Shown here in pieces: positions 51,365-64,000 of a stretch of 64,000 nucleotides of DNA. The position numbers and the translations under genes are program-made. The notes beneath the pieces were generated by a model. That model saw only the letters and a list, made by a program, of their open reading frames with translations, did no database searches and was not told where the DNA came from. Position 1 is the first letter of the stretch. The number at the start of each line of letters is the position of its first letter. Source of the DNA: an uncultured delta proteobacterium (lineage in GTDB: Bacteria > Myxococcota_A > Polyangia > Polyangiales > Polyangiaceae); NCBI GenBank assembly GCA_963850305.1, contig CAWKKR010000001.1, positions 1-64,000 of the forward strand. The letters are read 5' to 3'.

Positions 51365-54300
51365 CTATTGACCGATCCGGCGGCGCACCGTCGTGGCGAC
51401 ATCGCTCACGACGAAGCGGAGCGCGTCCGCGAGCACGGCCATGCCACGGTCGAGCGCAGGACCTTCGACGCCGGCGAGATCGGCTTCCGTGCGCCGGATG
51501 AGGTCAATCGCGGACGCGGGATCCCCCGAGACGAGAAGGGCCGCGCGGGTCGCCGACTTTCGAACGCGGAGCAACCAGTCATCGAGCCGCGGGCGCGGAG
51601 AGGGGCCGTACGCGGCAGCGGCTTCTTCGAGGGGGCGCCGTGCTCGGCGGGGCAAGCCCTTGTAGAGATTCTTGGAGAACGTGTCGAGGTACTCGGCGTT
51701 GGCCTGGCCCCCACCGAAGCTCGGGTCGACGGTCCGCATCGCGCCGGCCAGGACGTCCGCGATCGCCGACGGGGCGAGCTTGTCCACGGCGTGCAGACCA
51801 CGCGCCACGTTCGCGAGAACGCGCGCGAGCAGGAAGGCCTGGCGCGTCTCGGAGAGCGCTGTCACGTGAAACGGCACCATCACCGAGACTGGATCCGAGA
51901 ATTCGACCTCGATACTGCCGGCGTGCGCTTGATGTACGTACATATCGAGCTCCTCCAGCCCGAATACCCGCCCGATGCGATCGACGAGCGCGCGCGTCGG
52001 GTGGCCCGACCTCGACGAGATCCGATCCCCGCGCGAGACGCCGTACGCATCGAAGTCCGGTGGATACACGCGCTCGAGTCCGAGCGAAGCCGTCGCGAGC
52101 AACCGCGAGGTCGTGACGTCCTCCGGAAGACCCGCATCGAACAGGCTCCGCGTCTCCGGCGAGAGCGCGTTCGCCTCGAGGTCGGGCAGCAGCCGACCGC
52201 GCGTATCGATCGCTGCGCGCTCCAGGTCCGTCCCGCCCCCGAGCGCGACGAGGATCTCGCTGGCAAGCTCGGCGACACCCGATTGCCCGAGTGCCCGCAG
52301 CGTCTCCGAGAGGCTCTGCCAGACGTCCCTGGAGAGCGGCTGCAGTTCGATGAGCTTCCGGAGTTCATCGGCTGCTTCCGGTAGCCGGGAGTGAGCGCGC
52401 AGCCGCGCCGCCAGCTCCGTTCGAAGGGCGACGGCATGGGGAAATCGCCCGAGGCCGGCGCGCAGCGTCTCGATGGCGTCATCGACCTGGCCGAGCTCGT
52501 CGGAAAGGACGCGGCAGAGCTCGAAGTAGGCGGGTGCGAGCCGCGCCTCCTCGCCGACCGCGCGCTCGAGGTAACGGGCGAGCGCATCGCCATAGAGGTC
52601 CCACGGAGCCCGTTCACCGCGCCTCCTCGCATCGGCGCATAGCGCGCGCATCTCTCCGAGCGCCGGGCCGTCGACGCCCGTGAGCGCCACGGCCTGACGA
52701 TACGCCTCCGCCGCGGCCTGCGTCGAACCGCGCCGCGTCTCGAGCCGGGCCAGCCGGGTGAGTGCGTCCGCGCGCTCGTCGCCGTCCGGACAGACCTGGA
52801 CGAGGCGCGCGGCCGTCTCCGCCGCCGCATCGAACTGCGACGAGCTCATCTCGACCTCGAGCAACAGCGCGAGCGCCCCCCGGTGAGCCGCGTCGATGGC
52901 GAGGACCGCGCGCAGACTCGCCGCAGCTCGCGCGGGCTCCCCGAGCTCGACATAGAGCGAACCGAGCTCGAACTCGGCGGCGAGCAAGACGGAGGGTGGC
53001 GGCGAGCTCGCGACGGCACGGAGCAGCCGCTCGACGGCGTCCGCAGGTCGCCCGTCTCGTCTCAGAAGCTCGGCTTCCTTCATGAACGCCGGGACGAAGG
53101 CGGGCTGCTCCTTGAGCGCGCGGGCGAGTGCCCCGAGTCCGGCACCGATGTCGTGCAAGCGATCCGCGTGTAGCCCGGCGACGGTCACCCAGAGCGTCGC
53201 GCGTCGGTCCGCGTCCTTCGCGCGGCCGGCCGCGTGCGACAGAACGTCGGCGAGCCGTCCTGGATCCGTGGGCGCGAGCAACTCCGCGAGGAGGCTCGCG
53301 CTCCCCTCGTGATCCGGACACGCCTCGAGGGCCTGCACGAGGTCCGCCGTGGCTCCGCCGACGTCACGCTTCTGAGCGAACCTCACTCGTGCGCTCCGGA
53401 CGAGGAGCGAAGCGGAGAGCTCGGCATCTCTGAGAACACGCAAGGCGTGGGCCGCAGCGTCGGCGAGGACGGCAGGAGCGTTCGTGCGAAGCGCCAGTCG
53501 CGCAAAGCCACGCGCCGCAGCGATGTTCTCCGGATCCCGCGCCAGCGCGGCGCGGTACGTGTCGAGAGCAGAAGGATCCCTGGCGAGCTCGAGCGATTCT
53601 GCGAGCCGGGTCTGGTGCGCGGCGGCGAGCGACGCCTCTTCGGTGAGAGCCCCGAGCTTGGCGTCCACCTGCGACAGGAGACCGAAGTTCTTGAACCCGA
53701 TGGCCACGCGCTCGAGCGACGTGAGCGCGGCGCCGTCGCTCGGCGCGACGCGCACGATCGTGAGGTACTTCTCGATGATCTCGCTCGGCGCCGCCGTGAT
53801 CCGGAGTTCTTCGAGGCGGGCGAGCTCCCGGAGAACTGCGACTCGGGCGAAGCCATTCTCGACAATCCGCGCTTGCCCCATGAGGGCCTGCGAGAGCTTT
53901 TCCGTCTGCCCGAGCTCCGCGCACAGGGTCTCGAGTGCCATCAGGGCCCCGAGGTGGCTCGGATCGAGTGCGAGCACCGCCTCGAACGCGGCCACGGCGC
54001 GCTGCGGTTCGGCAAGGTGATCCCGCAGAATCTCGGCGGCACGCACCCGCGCTGCGATGGCGAGGCGCCCGTCCTTCGACGCCGTCGCCTCGCGCTCCAG
54101 CGCGTCGACGAGTCCGCGGAAGTCCTTCGCCCGCTCGAGCAGTCGCGCGCGGCCATCGAGCGCCGGCCGGAACTCTGGCGCTTCCGCGAGGGCGCGGTCG
54201 TAAGCCTCGAGCGCCTTCGCCCGGTCTTCGATCCGGTTCTCGTAGACCTCGGCAATCCTGAATGCCGTGCGCGCGCGCCCCGGCTTGTCGTCGTGCACGG

Positions 54301-56786
54301 CGAGCGCGAGCTCGAGCAGGCGTACGACCTCTTTCCACTGACCCCGGTCGCTCTCGAGGCGCACGAGGGCGGCAATGGCAGTCAGGTGACGCGCATCCGC
54401 GTCGACGGCGGCGCGGTAATGACGGAGAGCGTCCTCGTCGCGCCCGACTCGTTCCTCCGCGAGCTCGCCCATCTTGTAGAGGAGCGCCGCCGTCGGAGCG
54501 CCCGGAGCCGTGACGGCAAGCTCCATCTGGTACGTCGCGAGCAGATCCTCGAAGCGCCCCGCGGCGTACTGCAATCGTCCGAGGGTCGAGAGCGCCGGCG
54601 TGTACCTGGGGTTCATCGCGAGCACGGCCTTGCAGCGTGAAAGCGCGCCGGGGACGTCGCCCAAGCGTCCCTCGCAAATCTCCGCGGCCCGGTGCAAGAG
54701 CGCCGCCCGTTCCCCCTTGTCCGCCGTACGCTCGGCTTCGACGTCGAGCGCGCGCACGAGCTCTTCCCAGCTCTCGCCGCGCTCCGCGGCGCGCTGCAGC
54801 GCGTGGAGCGCGCCGAGATGGCCAGCATCAATCTCGAGAATGCGCTTGTAGGCGGAGACCGCCGAGAGCGGCGCCGAGAGCGCGTCCTCGTGGATGCGAC
54901 CGATCTTGAACAGGTACGTGATGCGCGTCTCGTCGTCCCGCGCGAGATCCACGGCGCGCTCGTAGAGCTCCGCGAGCTCCCGGAACCGCGCACCCTGCGA
55001 ATACAGGCGCACCAGCGCCTTGAAGGACGCAGCGTAACCCGGAACGAGCCCGAGCGCGCGGGCGTGATGCTCGATCGCTTGATCGATGTTACGGAGCTGT
55101 CGCTCGAGGATATCCGCTACGCGCGCGTGAGCCGCCGCGCGACGCGTGTTGTCCCGTGCGGTGCCCGCTTCGCCGAGGTGCATCGCGATGAGCGCGGTCC
55201 AGTGGCCCCGCTCGGCGTAGAGCTTGCCGAGTGCCTGGAGAGCCGGAACGTGCGCGGGGTCGTTGTCGAGCGCGCGCCGGTACCAGTCGACGGCGCGATC
55301 CGGCGCCCCGAGTCGCTCCTCGGCAATCTGCCCGATCCGGTGCATGAGCGCGACGCGCTCGCTCGTCGAGTCCGTCGACGAGACGATCGTCTCGAGGACA
55401 CCGGTGAGCTTTCCCCAGCGCTTCCCGAGCTCGTAGACGCGCGCGAGTTCGGCCAGGATCATCGGATCGGTCGGTGTCTCGGCGGCCGCGCTCTCGAGCG
55501 CCTCAATCGATTCATCGAGCGCCCCGAGCCGATCGAGCTCGATGCGCGCCACACGATACCGCGCGAGCGCCCGCGTCTCCGGGTCCGTCGCTTGCGTCGC
55601 CTCCGCTTCGAGAACCTGCACGAGATCGCGCCAGCGCTCGGCAGCGTAAAGGAGGCTCTTCAGCGCCGCGAGGGCAGATGGTGCGCGCGGGTCGAGCTCG
55701 AGCGCCGTCTGGTAGAGGGCGATCGCGCGACTCGGGTCGGCCTTCTTCGCGTCGACCACGCGGGCGCGCGACGCGATGAGCGCCGCCCGGTGACGGGCGT
55801 CCGAGGACACCGCGTTCGCTTCGCGCTCCACGGCTCGTTCGACGTCGTCCCAGGCGGCGGCGAGCGCGCTCGCGCGCTCGAACGCCTTCAAGATGGTCGG
55901 GTTCGTCTCGTCGATATCGAGTGCCGCGGCGTAGGCGCGGCGCGCCTCTTTCCGTTGCGCGAGTCGATCCTCGAGCATGACGCCCTTCTCGTAGAGCACC
56001 ATCGCCTTGGCTTGCGGAATCCCCGAGGAGCCGCGCTTCGGCGTCGAACAGGGGCAGCGCCTCGCCGTGACGCCCGAGAGCGCAGAGGACTCTCCGCGCG
56101 CCGCGAAGGGTCGGCAGGTGGTCCGGCAACCCCGCGCGAGCAGCGACATAATGCTCGCGGGCCTTTTCCGCGTCGTCGAGCGAAAGCTCGAAGGCGCGCC
56201 CCATTTCGTAGTGGAGCCTTGCCGCACGAGCCGGTTCGGGCTTGAGCGCGAGCTCGGTTTCACACGCCGCGATCAGCTCATTCGCGAGTGTCGCCCGCGT
56301 CGCCTCGCTGCCGGGCGGTTCCTCGGCGAGCGCCGCGCGGAAAGTGCTACCCTCGCCGAACAATCGAGTCGGATCGGTGTCGGGCTGGGCCGACTCTTCG
56401 GGAAGGGGGGGCACCTGCGGCGGAAATACCGGCGCGGGTCCTGGCGGGGGCACGGCTACGGGCGATGAAAACGGCTGTGGCGACAGGATCCGGCGCGGCG
56501 GCGGAGGAGGCAGGGGTCCGCGGCGCGCCTTGGTCGCGGCGATGTCCGTCACCGGAGCCAACCGCGACGGAGGCGGGGGCGGCACGGAGCGGAGCTTCGG
56601 CTTGGGTGCCACCGGCGGCGGCGGCATGGAAGCCGGGCGCGGCGGCGCTCTCGGCAAATCCGGCGGCGGTCGCGGTACTTTCGAGGCCACGGGAGGAGGC
56701 ACGGACGCCGGCCGCAATGCCCGTGGCGGTTTCGGTACGGCCCTCACCGGCGGTACAGGTTTGCCCTTTTCCGAGTCGTCGCTCAT
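51365..56786 (-). CDS. Giant TPR protein (~1800 aa) with a Pro-rich N-terminus; frameshift at ~56015
   Basis: MSDDSEKGKPVPP... in ORF 55512-58847 joins the TPR array of ORF 51365-56263. Confidence 0.88.
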
Positions 56787-56918
56787 TCGGCCCTCGAAAT
56801 AGGCAAGAGACTCTATCACGCCCCTCGGGTCAATCCGGGGAAGTCTCTTTGGTCGCGGTTTCCGGACCGGCCGCCCGCGTTGCCCGCGTCCACCCGACAG
56901 TGTAGAGCCGCTACCCGC

Positions 56919-58226
56919 GTGGTCACGAAAATCGAACTTCTCGTCATCCGGAACGTCCGCGCTGTCGATCCGTCTCGTGGCCTCGACGCTCTCGCGGACG
57001 TCGTGGTGGAGAACGGAATCGTCACGCGCATCGGCCTCGGTGCGGCCGCGGAACCCGCGAAGAGCGAGCGAGCCCGGGTCATCGACGGCACTGGGAAGTG
57101 GGTCCTGCCGGCCTTCGTCGACCTGCACGCACACCTCCGGGAGCCCGGGTACGAGTACAAGGAGGACGTCACCAGCGGCCTCGCCGCCGCCGCTGCAGGC
57201 GGCTACGCGCACGTGTGCGTGATGCCCAACACGAAGCCCGTGAACGACACGCGCGCCGTGACCGAGCTGATGCTCCGCCGCGCCGCGGACTTCGATGGGC
57301 CGAGGCTCCACCCGATCGCGGCCATCACCGTCGGGCAAAAGGGGGAACAGCTGACCGAGATGGCCGATCTCCGCGACGCGGGCGCGGTCGCCGTGAGCGA
57401 CGACGGCGTGTGCGTCATGTCGGCGTCCGTGATGCGGCGCGCGCTCGAGTACGCGCACGTGTTCGGCATGCCCGTGATCCAGCATTGTGAAGATCACACC
57501 CTGACGGTCGACGCCGACATGAACGAGGGCGCCGTCGCGACTCGACTCGGGCTCCGCGGGTGGCCGAGCGTCGCCGAAGACGTCATCCTCGCGCGCGACG
57601 TGCTCCTCGCGGAGTACACGCAGTCGAAGTATCACGCGGCGCACCTGTCGACACTCGGCGCGGTCCGCATCATGCGCGAAGCCAAGAGCCGCGGCTTGCC
57701 GGTGACCTGCGAGGTCACGCCGCACCACCTCCTGCTCACCGACGCAGCCGTCATCGGTTACGACACTGCCTGCAAGGTGAACCCTCCCCTTCGTGGCGAA
57801 GAAGACGTCGAAACCCTCCGGAAGGCGCTCGCCGACGGCACCATCGACGCCATCGCGACGGATCACGCGCCCCACTCGCGCCTCGAGAAGGACTGCGTGT
57901 TCTCCGAAGCGAGCCCAGGAATGATGGGCCTCGAGCTGTGCTTCGGGCTTATCGGCGAGCTCGTTCGGGACCAGACGCTGTCGCTTGCCCGCTTCGTGGA
58001 CGCCCTCTCCACGCGCCCCGCCCGGATCGCCGGCCTGGATGCTCCTTCGCTCGCGGAGGGCCGCGAGGCGAACCTCGTCCTCGCGGACCCCGACCTTGCC
58101 TGGGTCCCCGAGATGAGCTCGCTCCGCTCCAAGAGCCGAAACACGCCGTTTCTCGCCAGGGAGATCCGGGGCCGCGTGCTCCTGACCGTCGCAGGCGGTA
58201 AGGTCGCGTTCGAAGCTGGAATTTAA
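56919..58226 (+). CDS. pyrC: Dihydroorotase
   Basis: DLHAHLREPG, MPNTKP, CEVTPHHL, KVNPPLR, ATDHAPH. Confidence 0.96.
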   Translation: MVTKIELLVIRNVRAVDPSRGLDALADVVVENGIVTRIGLGAAAEPAKSERARVIDGTGKWVLPAFVDLHAHLREPGYEYKEDVTSGLAAAAAGGYAHVCVMPNTKPVNDTRAVTELMLRRAADFDGPRLHPIAAITVGQKGEQLTEMADLRDAGAVAVSDDGVCVMSASVMRRALEYAHVFGMPVIQHCEDHTLTVDADMNEGAVATRLGLRGWPSVAEDVILARDVLLAEYTQSKYHAAHLSTLGAVRIMREAKSRGLPVTCEVTPHHLLLTDAAVIGYDTACKVNPPLRGEEDVETLRKALADGTIDAIATDHAPHSRLEKDCVFSEASPGMMGLELCFGLIGELVRDQTLSLARFVDALSTRPARIAGLDAPSLAEGREANLVLADPDLAWVPEMSSLRSKSRNTPFLAREIRGRVLLTVAGGKVAFEAGI

Positions 58227-58241
58227 CCCAACGACGAGCTC

Positions 58242-59396
58242 ATGACGACGGAAACGACGCGACGCAAAGCCGCTCTGGCCCTCGCCGACGGCACCATTTT
58301 CGAGGGTTTCTCGTGGGGAGCGGAAGGCTCGGCCACGGGTGAGGTCGTCTTCACGACGGGGATGACCGGGTACCAAGAGGTGCTGACGGACCCGTCTTAT
58401 TGCGGGCAGATGGTGACGATGACGGCCCCGCACATCGGCAACACCGGCATCAACGCGGAGGATCCGGAGAGCCGCGACGAGAAGCCTCAGGTTGCGGGTT
58501 TCATCGTCCGCGCGCCGAGCCCCCTGACGTCCAGCTGGCGCTCCCGCGAGTCGCTCGACGATTATCTCTCCCGGCACCGCGTCGTCGGTATCAGCGGAGT
58601 GGACACGCGTCGCCTGACGCGCTTGCTCAGGGACCATGGCTCTCAGAACGGATGCATCGGCACCGAAACTCCGTCGACCCTGGTCGACCGGGCGCGCGCC
58701 GCGCCCAGCATGGACGGGCTGGATCTCGCCTCGCGAGTCACTCCGAAGGAGGCGTATTCGTTCGGCGAGACGCGCGGCGTATGGGCAGTACCGTTCATCC
58801 CCCTGTCCGGGGCCGCCGCGCCGGAGGAGCGAGAGCGCCCCTGGCACGTCGTGGCCATGGACTTCGGAGCGAAGCGCAACATTCTCCGCTGCCTCGTGGA
58901 CCTCGGGTGCCGCGTCACGGGCGTCCCGGCATCCACGTCAGCCTCGCATATTCTCTCCCTGAAGCCGGACGGCATCTTCCTGTCGAACGGCCCGGGAGAT
59001 CCAGCGGCCATCGACTACGCCGTACGCACCATTCGCGAGCTCCTCGGAAAGAAGCCCATATTCGGCATCTGCCTCGGGCATCAGCTGCTCGGGCTCGCGC
59101 TCGGCGCGAAGACCTACAAGCTGAAGTTCGGCCACCGCGGCCTGAACCAGCCGGTGAAGGATCTGGAGACGGGCCGCGTCGAGATCACCACGCAAAACCA
59201 CGGTTTCGTCGTGGACGTGGCCTCGATCGGGAAGCGCGCGATCACCACGCATCTGCACCTCAACGACGGCACGAGCGAGGGTCTCGCCGCGCCGGACGCG
59301 CGCGCGTTCAGCGTGCAATACCATCCGGAAGCCGCCGCAGGACCGCACGACGCGCTCTACCTGTTCCAGAGATTCGCGAGCGCGATGGCGGAGTGA
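58242..59396 (+). CDS. carA: Carbamoyl-phosphate synthase small subunit
   Basis: [34 protein letters not shown]. Confidence 0.97.
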   Translation: MTTETTRRKAALALADGTIFEGFSWGAEGSATGEVVFTTGMTGYQEVLTDPSYCGQMVTMTAPHIGNTGINAEDPESRDEKPQVAGFIVRAPSPLTSSWRSRESLDDYLSRHRVVGISGVDTRRLTRLLRDHGSQNGCIGTETPSTLVDRARAAPSMDGLDLASRVTPKEAYSFGETRGVWAVPFIPLSGAAAPEERERPWHVVAMDFGAKRNILRCLVDLGCRVTGVPASTSASHILSLKPDGIFLSNGPGDPAAIDYAVRTIRELLGKKPIFGICLGHQLLGLALGAKTYKLKFGHRGLNQPVKDLETGRVEITTQNHGFVVDVASIGKRAITTHLHLNDGTSEGLAAPDARAFSVQYHPEAAAGPHDALYLFQRFASAMAE

Positions 59397-59408
59397 GCCC
59401 CGACCCGG

Positions 59409-60829
<1,421 letters not shown>

Positions 60830-60888
60830 CTCCCATCGACCTCGCTGACGGGGAGAGGATGGATATGGGCCGACCGCATCGGTTTACG

Positions 60889-61287
60889 TCATCGATCGGC
60901 GCCCGCGTCCCGCCCGCCATCGAGTGGCAGGGTTTCACCAGGAGCGGTTTCTATCTGGAAGATCGTCGTATCGCTCGCACTGTTGCCCACGTCGTACCAG
61001 AAGACGATCGAGTCGCCGTCGCGTGCAGAAATCACCAGATCGTAAGAGGTTACGTTGGCCTGGCCGTAGATGAGCGAGGTCCGCGCATCCTGGACGATCA
61101 CACTGCCTTCGACCGGCAGCGTCCCTTGAAGACGATATTGCTCCGCACCCACCTGCGTGATCTCGGGTACCTCGGGCGGCGGGAGCGGCAAGGTGGGGCT
61201 GATACAGCTCGTCGCCATCACGCTCGCCGTCGCGAACGCGAGCAAGAGCCGTCGCGAGAGGCGCCACATCGCTCGGAACGGTAGCAT
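60889..61287 (-). CDS. Hypothetical lipoprotein
   Basis: LLLAFATASVMATSC-ISPTLPLPPP lipobox, then a beta-rich domain. Confidence 0.7.
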   Translation of the reverse strand: MLPFRAMWRLSRRLLLAFATASVMATSCISPTLPLPPPEVPEITQVGAEQYRLQGTLPVEGSVIVQDARTSLIYGQANVTSYDLVISARDGDSIVFWYDVGNSASDTTIFQIETAPGETLPLDGGRDAGADR

Positions 61288-61403
61288 GCGGCGTGCCGGC
61301 GGGTTCGACCGCACGCTCCGCGGATCCCTCAGGCATTCCCTCGTGTTAAGAGAGACCATATGGGACCCGCTACGGCGGGCGTTGTCGCTAATCGAAAACC
61401 GCG

Positions 61404-64000
61404 TTGTCGTCAGAACCAACTCAGTTGGCGTACCGGCGGTCATTCCTGAGGCTGCTCGGCCCCTTCCCCGTCGTCGCCTTCGCGGCCTGGCTCGCGGCGC
61501 CGCGCAGGCCGGCGCTCGAACTTGGGCCCGGCGGCAGGTCCCCCGCCCTCGTTGCCGATCTGCAGGCGCTACACCTCGAGACCGCCGCGAGCGACGTGCA
61601 CTGGATCGATGCGTCCGTCGGCGCGCTGGCATCGCGGTTCGTCGAGGCCCGCGCCGTCGTGCGCGCGCGGCGTCCGGGCGAAGCGTGGGACATCTATCTC
61701 GCCCGGACTCGGCTCTCGCCGGAAGGCGCCTTGCTCGAAACCAGCGCCATTTCGAACCTCACGCGCACGTCGGTCGCGAGCGAAGCGTCGCTCGTGACGG
61801 AAGGCGAACACGCAGCATGGACGATCGGTGACGCGGCGCGGACGTACCGCGTCGAACTCGTAGACTTGCACGGCGAGCCGCGGCCCTCGGGCCCGGACTG
61901 GACTCGTCTCGGACGGGTGCAGCACGCGATCTCCAACCTGCAAGGAACAGGGCAACTCTCGGGCGTCGGATATCGGTCGTTCAAGCTGGATCCGGCAGCG
62001 CAACGGCTCACCCTCGGGTTCGAGGGGGAACGGCTCATCGTCTTCGCGGACGGTCACCGCATCTCGATTCCGTTCGACGCGCACGCACCCATCGACGGCC
62101 TACGATACCTGCGCGAAGACGACCGCGAGATTGCACGACCCGGCAACCTGATCACATGGGCCGTCGATCGAGCGCGGGCGCTATCCTGGTTCGGCGACGA
62201 GCGCATGCAGTTCACCAAGGCGATCGCTTATGCAGCCCTCGACCGGGTCGATCGCGCCATCGGAGCCGTGCACGAAGCGGCGGCGCAAGAACCGGACGCC
62301 GAAGAACTGGGCGGCGACGCGGCGCCAGCCGTGCACGCCGATCCCGACAGCGGGTTTCCGCCGGGAGCCATCACGCCGCCGCTGGCCCCTCCGCTTCCGG
62401 GGGAAGGTCGATGGTTTCTGCTCGACCACGATCCCTACGTGCGCACGACACCCGGCGTCCCGGTCCCCCTTGCCACGACCTTCATCCGCCCCGACGGCGC
62501 GCGCCCGGATTCGCTCGTCTACGTGATCGCATGGGATCCACGCCAGGTGGATCTCGACGTCGTGGCAGGAACGGAAGAGCCGCAGAGCGCGACCGGCGAG
62601 ACCGGAGACGGCCTGATTCCGAGGAAGCCAGGAACCATGTCGCACCTCATCGCCGCGTTCAATGGGGCGTTCCAGTCCACGCACGGCGACTTCGGCATGA
62701 TGGACGACGGGGCGATCGTGGTCCCGCCGAAGCCCTTCGCGGCGACGATCGCGAGACTCGATGATGGCGCGACCGGGTTCGGAACCTGGCCGAAGGACCT
62801 CACGATCCCCGCAGGGATGACGTCATTCCGCCAGAATCTCACGCCGCTCGTCGCCGACGGCAGGTTCAACCCATACAATCGAGACTGGTGGGGCGGTGTC
62901 CCGCACGACTGGGAAGACGAAACTCATACGGTGCGAAGCGGGCTCTGCCTGACCAAGGAAGGGTTCGTCGAGTACTTTTACGGAACCAACATCGATCACG
63001 TGCACCTCGGCCGCGCGATGCTCGCGGCGCGCTGTGACTACGGCGTGCATCTCGACATGAACCAGGGTCACACCGGGCTCGAGGTCTACCGCGCCGATCT
63101 CGCGAAGAATCTGCCTCCGTTACCCGACAAGCTGGATGGTCACTGGCAGGCGGAAGGAGACGTGAGCGGCATGCCGGGCTGGAGGTTTCGCGGCCGGCGG
63201 CTCATCCGGAACATGCAGCTCATGCATTTCCCGCGATACATCCGGCGAGGGGCTCGCGACTTCTTCTATCTCACGGTGCGGCCCTTGCTGCCCCTCGCCC
63301 CACTCACGGGCCTTTCGCACGAGGGAGACGAGGGCACGTGGAAGGTCCGCGGGCTGCCGCAGCACGGGTTTCCTTACGCGATTGCCACGACGTCGGTTCG
63401 TCCACTCGAGGGCAGGCCAGAGACCAAGGTGCGGATCGTCGCCATCGACACGAAACAACTGCGGCTCGCCTCGACCGACGCCAGCGACCTCGTACTGTCG
63501 CTGGACCCGATCCACCCGGCCGGGCCTGCGCAGTCGTCGCTTTGGTTCACGGCGAGCGGTGGAGTGCTCGGGAAATCAGCGCCTTCTCCGACGGCCGTTC
63601 GCGTCGCGACAGGCTCGCTCGATCCCGCCGGCGCCGTGGCCGCGGCGCTGGGTGTCGATCCGGACGGGATCATCCTTTATGCGGAGGTCGCAACGGCGCC
63701 GGATCCCGCTCGTGACGGGGCGATGCTCGGCGGAGTATTGGCCGCGGAAGGCTGCACGGGTCAACTGTTCCTGTCCTCGGCCATGGGGCTCGCCTTGGGC
63801 GGCTCGCGAGATCTCGCGGATCATCCCGTCCGGATCGTTCCGGGGTCGCTCCGATTTGCGCGCGGCCCCGTGGCTGGGAGCCGACGGATCTTCCCGGAGA
63901 CCCCGATATTGCCGCCCGAACAATGGATGCCGCTGCAGCGCCAAACCCGCTGGTTCCCCAAGGAAGCGACGAGCGCAGCCAGTTCTCCGGCGGCGCCGGC
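61404..64000 (+). CDS. Large exported protein with a phosphodiester-glycosidase (NAGPA/DUF2233)-like region; runs off the window
   Basis: Frame appears open from TTG 61404 (absent from the ORF track because it has no stop): AAFNGAF, FRQNL, TVRSGLCLT, GVHLDMN. Confidence 0.7.
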   Translation, partial: MSSEPTQLAYRRSFLRLLGPFPVVAFAAWLAAPRRPALELGPGGRSPALVADLQALHLETAASDVHWIDASVGALASRFVEARAVVRARRPGEAWDIYLARTRLSPEGALLETSAISNLTRTSVASEASLVTEGEHAAWTIGDAARTYRVELVDLHGEPRPSGPDWTRLGRVQHAISNLQGTGQLSGVGYRSFKLDPAAQRLTLGFEGERLIVFADGHRISIPFDAHAPIDGLRYLREDDREIARPGNLITWAVDRARALSWFGDERMQFTKAIAYAALDRVDRAIGAVHEAAAQEPDAEELGGDAAPAVHADPDSGFPPGAITPPLAPPLPGEGRWFLLDHDPYVRTTPGVPVPLATTFIRPDGARPDSLVYVIAWDPRQVDLDVVAGTEEPQSATGETGDGLIPRKPGTMSHLIAAFNGAFQSTHGDFGMMDDGAIVVPPKPFAATIARLDDGATGFGTWPKDLTIPAGMTSFRQNLTPLVADGRFNPYNRDWWGGVPHDWEDETHTVRSGLCLTKEGFVEYFYGTNIDHVHLGRAMLAARCDYGVHLDMNQGHTGLEVYRADLAKNLPPLPDKLDGHWQAEGDVSGMPGWRFRGRRLIRNMQLMHFPRYIRRGARDFFYLTVRPLLPLAPLTGLSHEGDEGTWKVRGLPQHGFPYAIATTSVRPLEGRPETKVRIVAIDTKQLRLASTDASDLVLSLDPIHPAGPAQSSLWFTASGGVLGKSAPSPTAVRVATGSLDPAGAVAAALGVDPDGIILYAEVATAPDPARDGAMLGGVLAAEGCTGQLFLSSAMGLALGGSRDLADHPVRIVPGSLRFARGPVAGSRRIFPETPILPPEQWMPLQRQTRWFPKEATSAASSPAAP

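Noticed and set aside
55512..58847. 1111-aa minus-strand protein
   Set aside because: Its first ~690 codons are the antisense shadow of pyrC/carA; only the part from 56786 down is the TPR protein N-terminus.

Overview
High-GC bacterial DNA with a Myxococcota (Polyangiaceae-like) gene repertoire: a MYXO-CTERM protein, an AgmX/PglI-type domain, giant TPR proteins, an FHA-sigma54 activator and a Ser/Thr kinase. Bases 1-~5729 are a noisy reverse-complement copy of ~5881-11661. This is most likely a fold-back or chimera artefact, so unique sequence starts at ~5730. The unique part holds, in order: tandem pilT-family ATPases; a non-coding 22-bp x ~20 tandem array; an internally deleted PIN-toxin remnant; a lemA-TPM-TPM operon; a ~3.3-kb integrase-less islet at tRNA-Gly(CCC) with 45-bp att repeats, arm-like repeats and a Fic module; glnA-like/Fe-ADH genes; envelope and signalling genes; tRNA-Lys(TTT); a bufferin-like MNIO (DUF692) RiPP operon whose precursor appears to be a lipoprotein, sharing a GTAAC-N16-CGTA ECF-type promoter with a displaced DoxX gene; and a lipid cluster (Gfo/Idh/MocA dehydrogenase, CDP-alcohol phosphotransferase, class-III aminotransferase, Aur1-like IPC synthase, with a divergent beta-barrel, LPG-synthase-TM and UbiA). 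That cluster is my best candidate for an undescribed pathway, possibly making an amino-cyclitol phospholipid or sphingolipid. Housekeeping genes follow (dnaE, pyrC, carA, rimO). Many single-base frameshifts, including in dnaE, indicate long-read consensus errors. All family calls come from motif recognition by eye; no searches were run.
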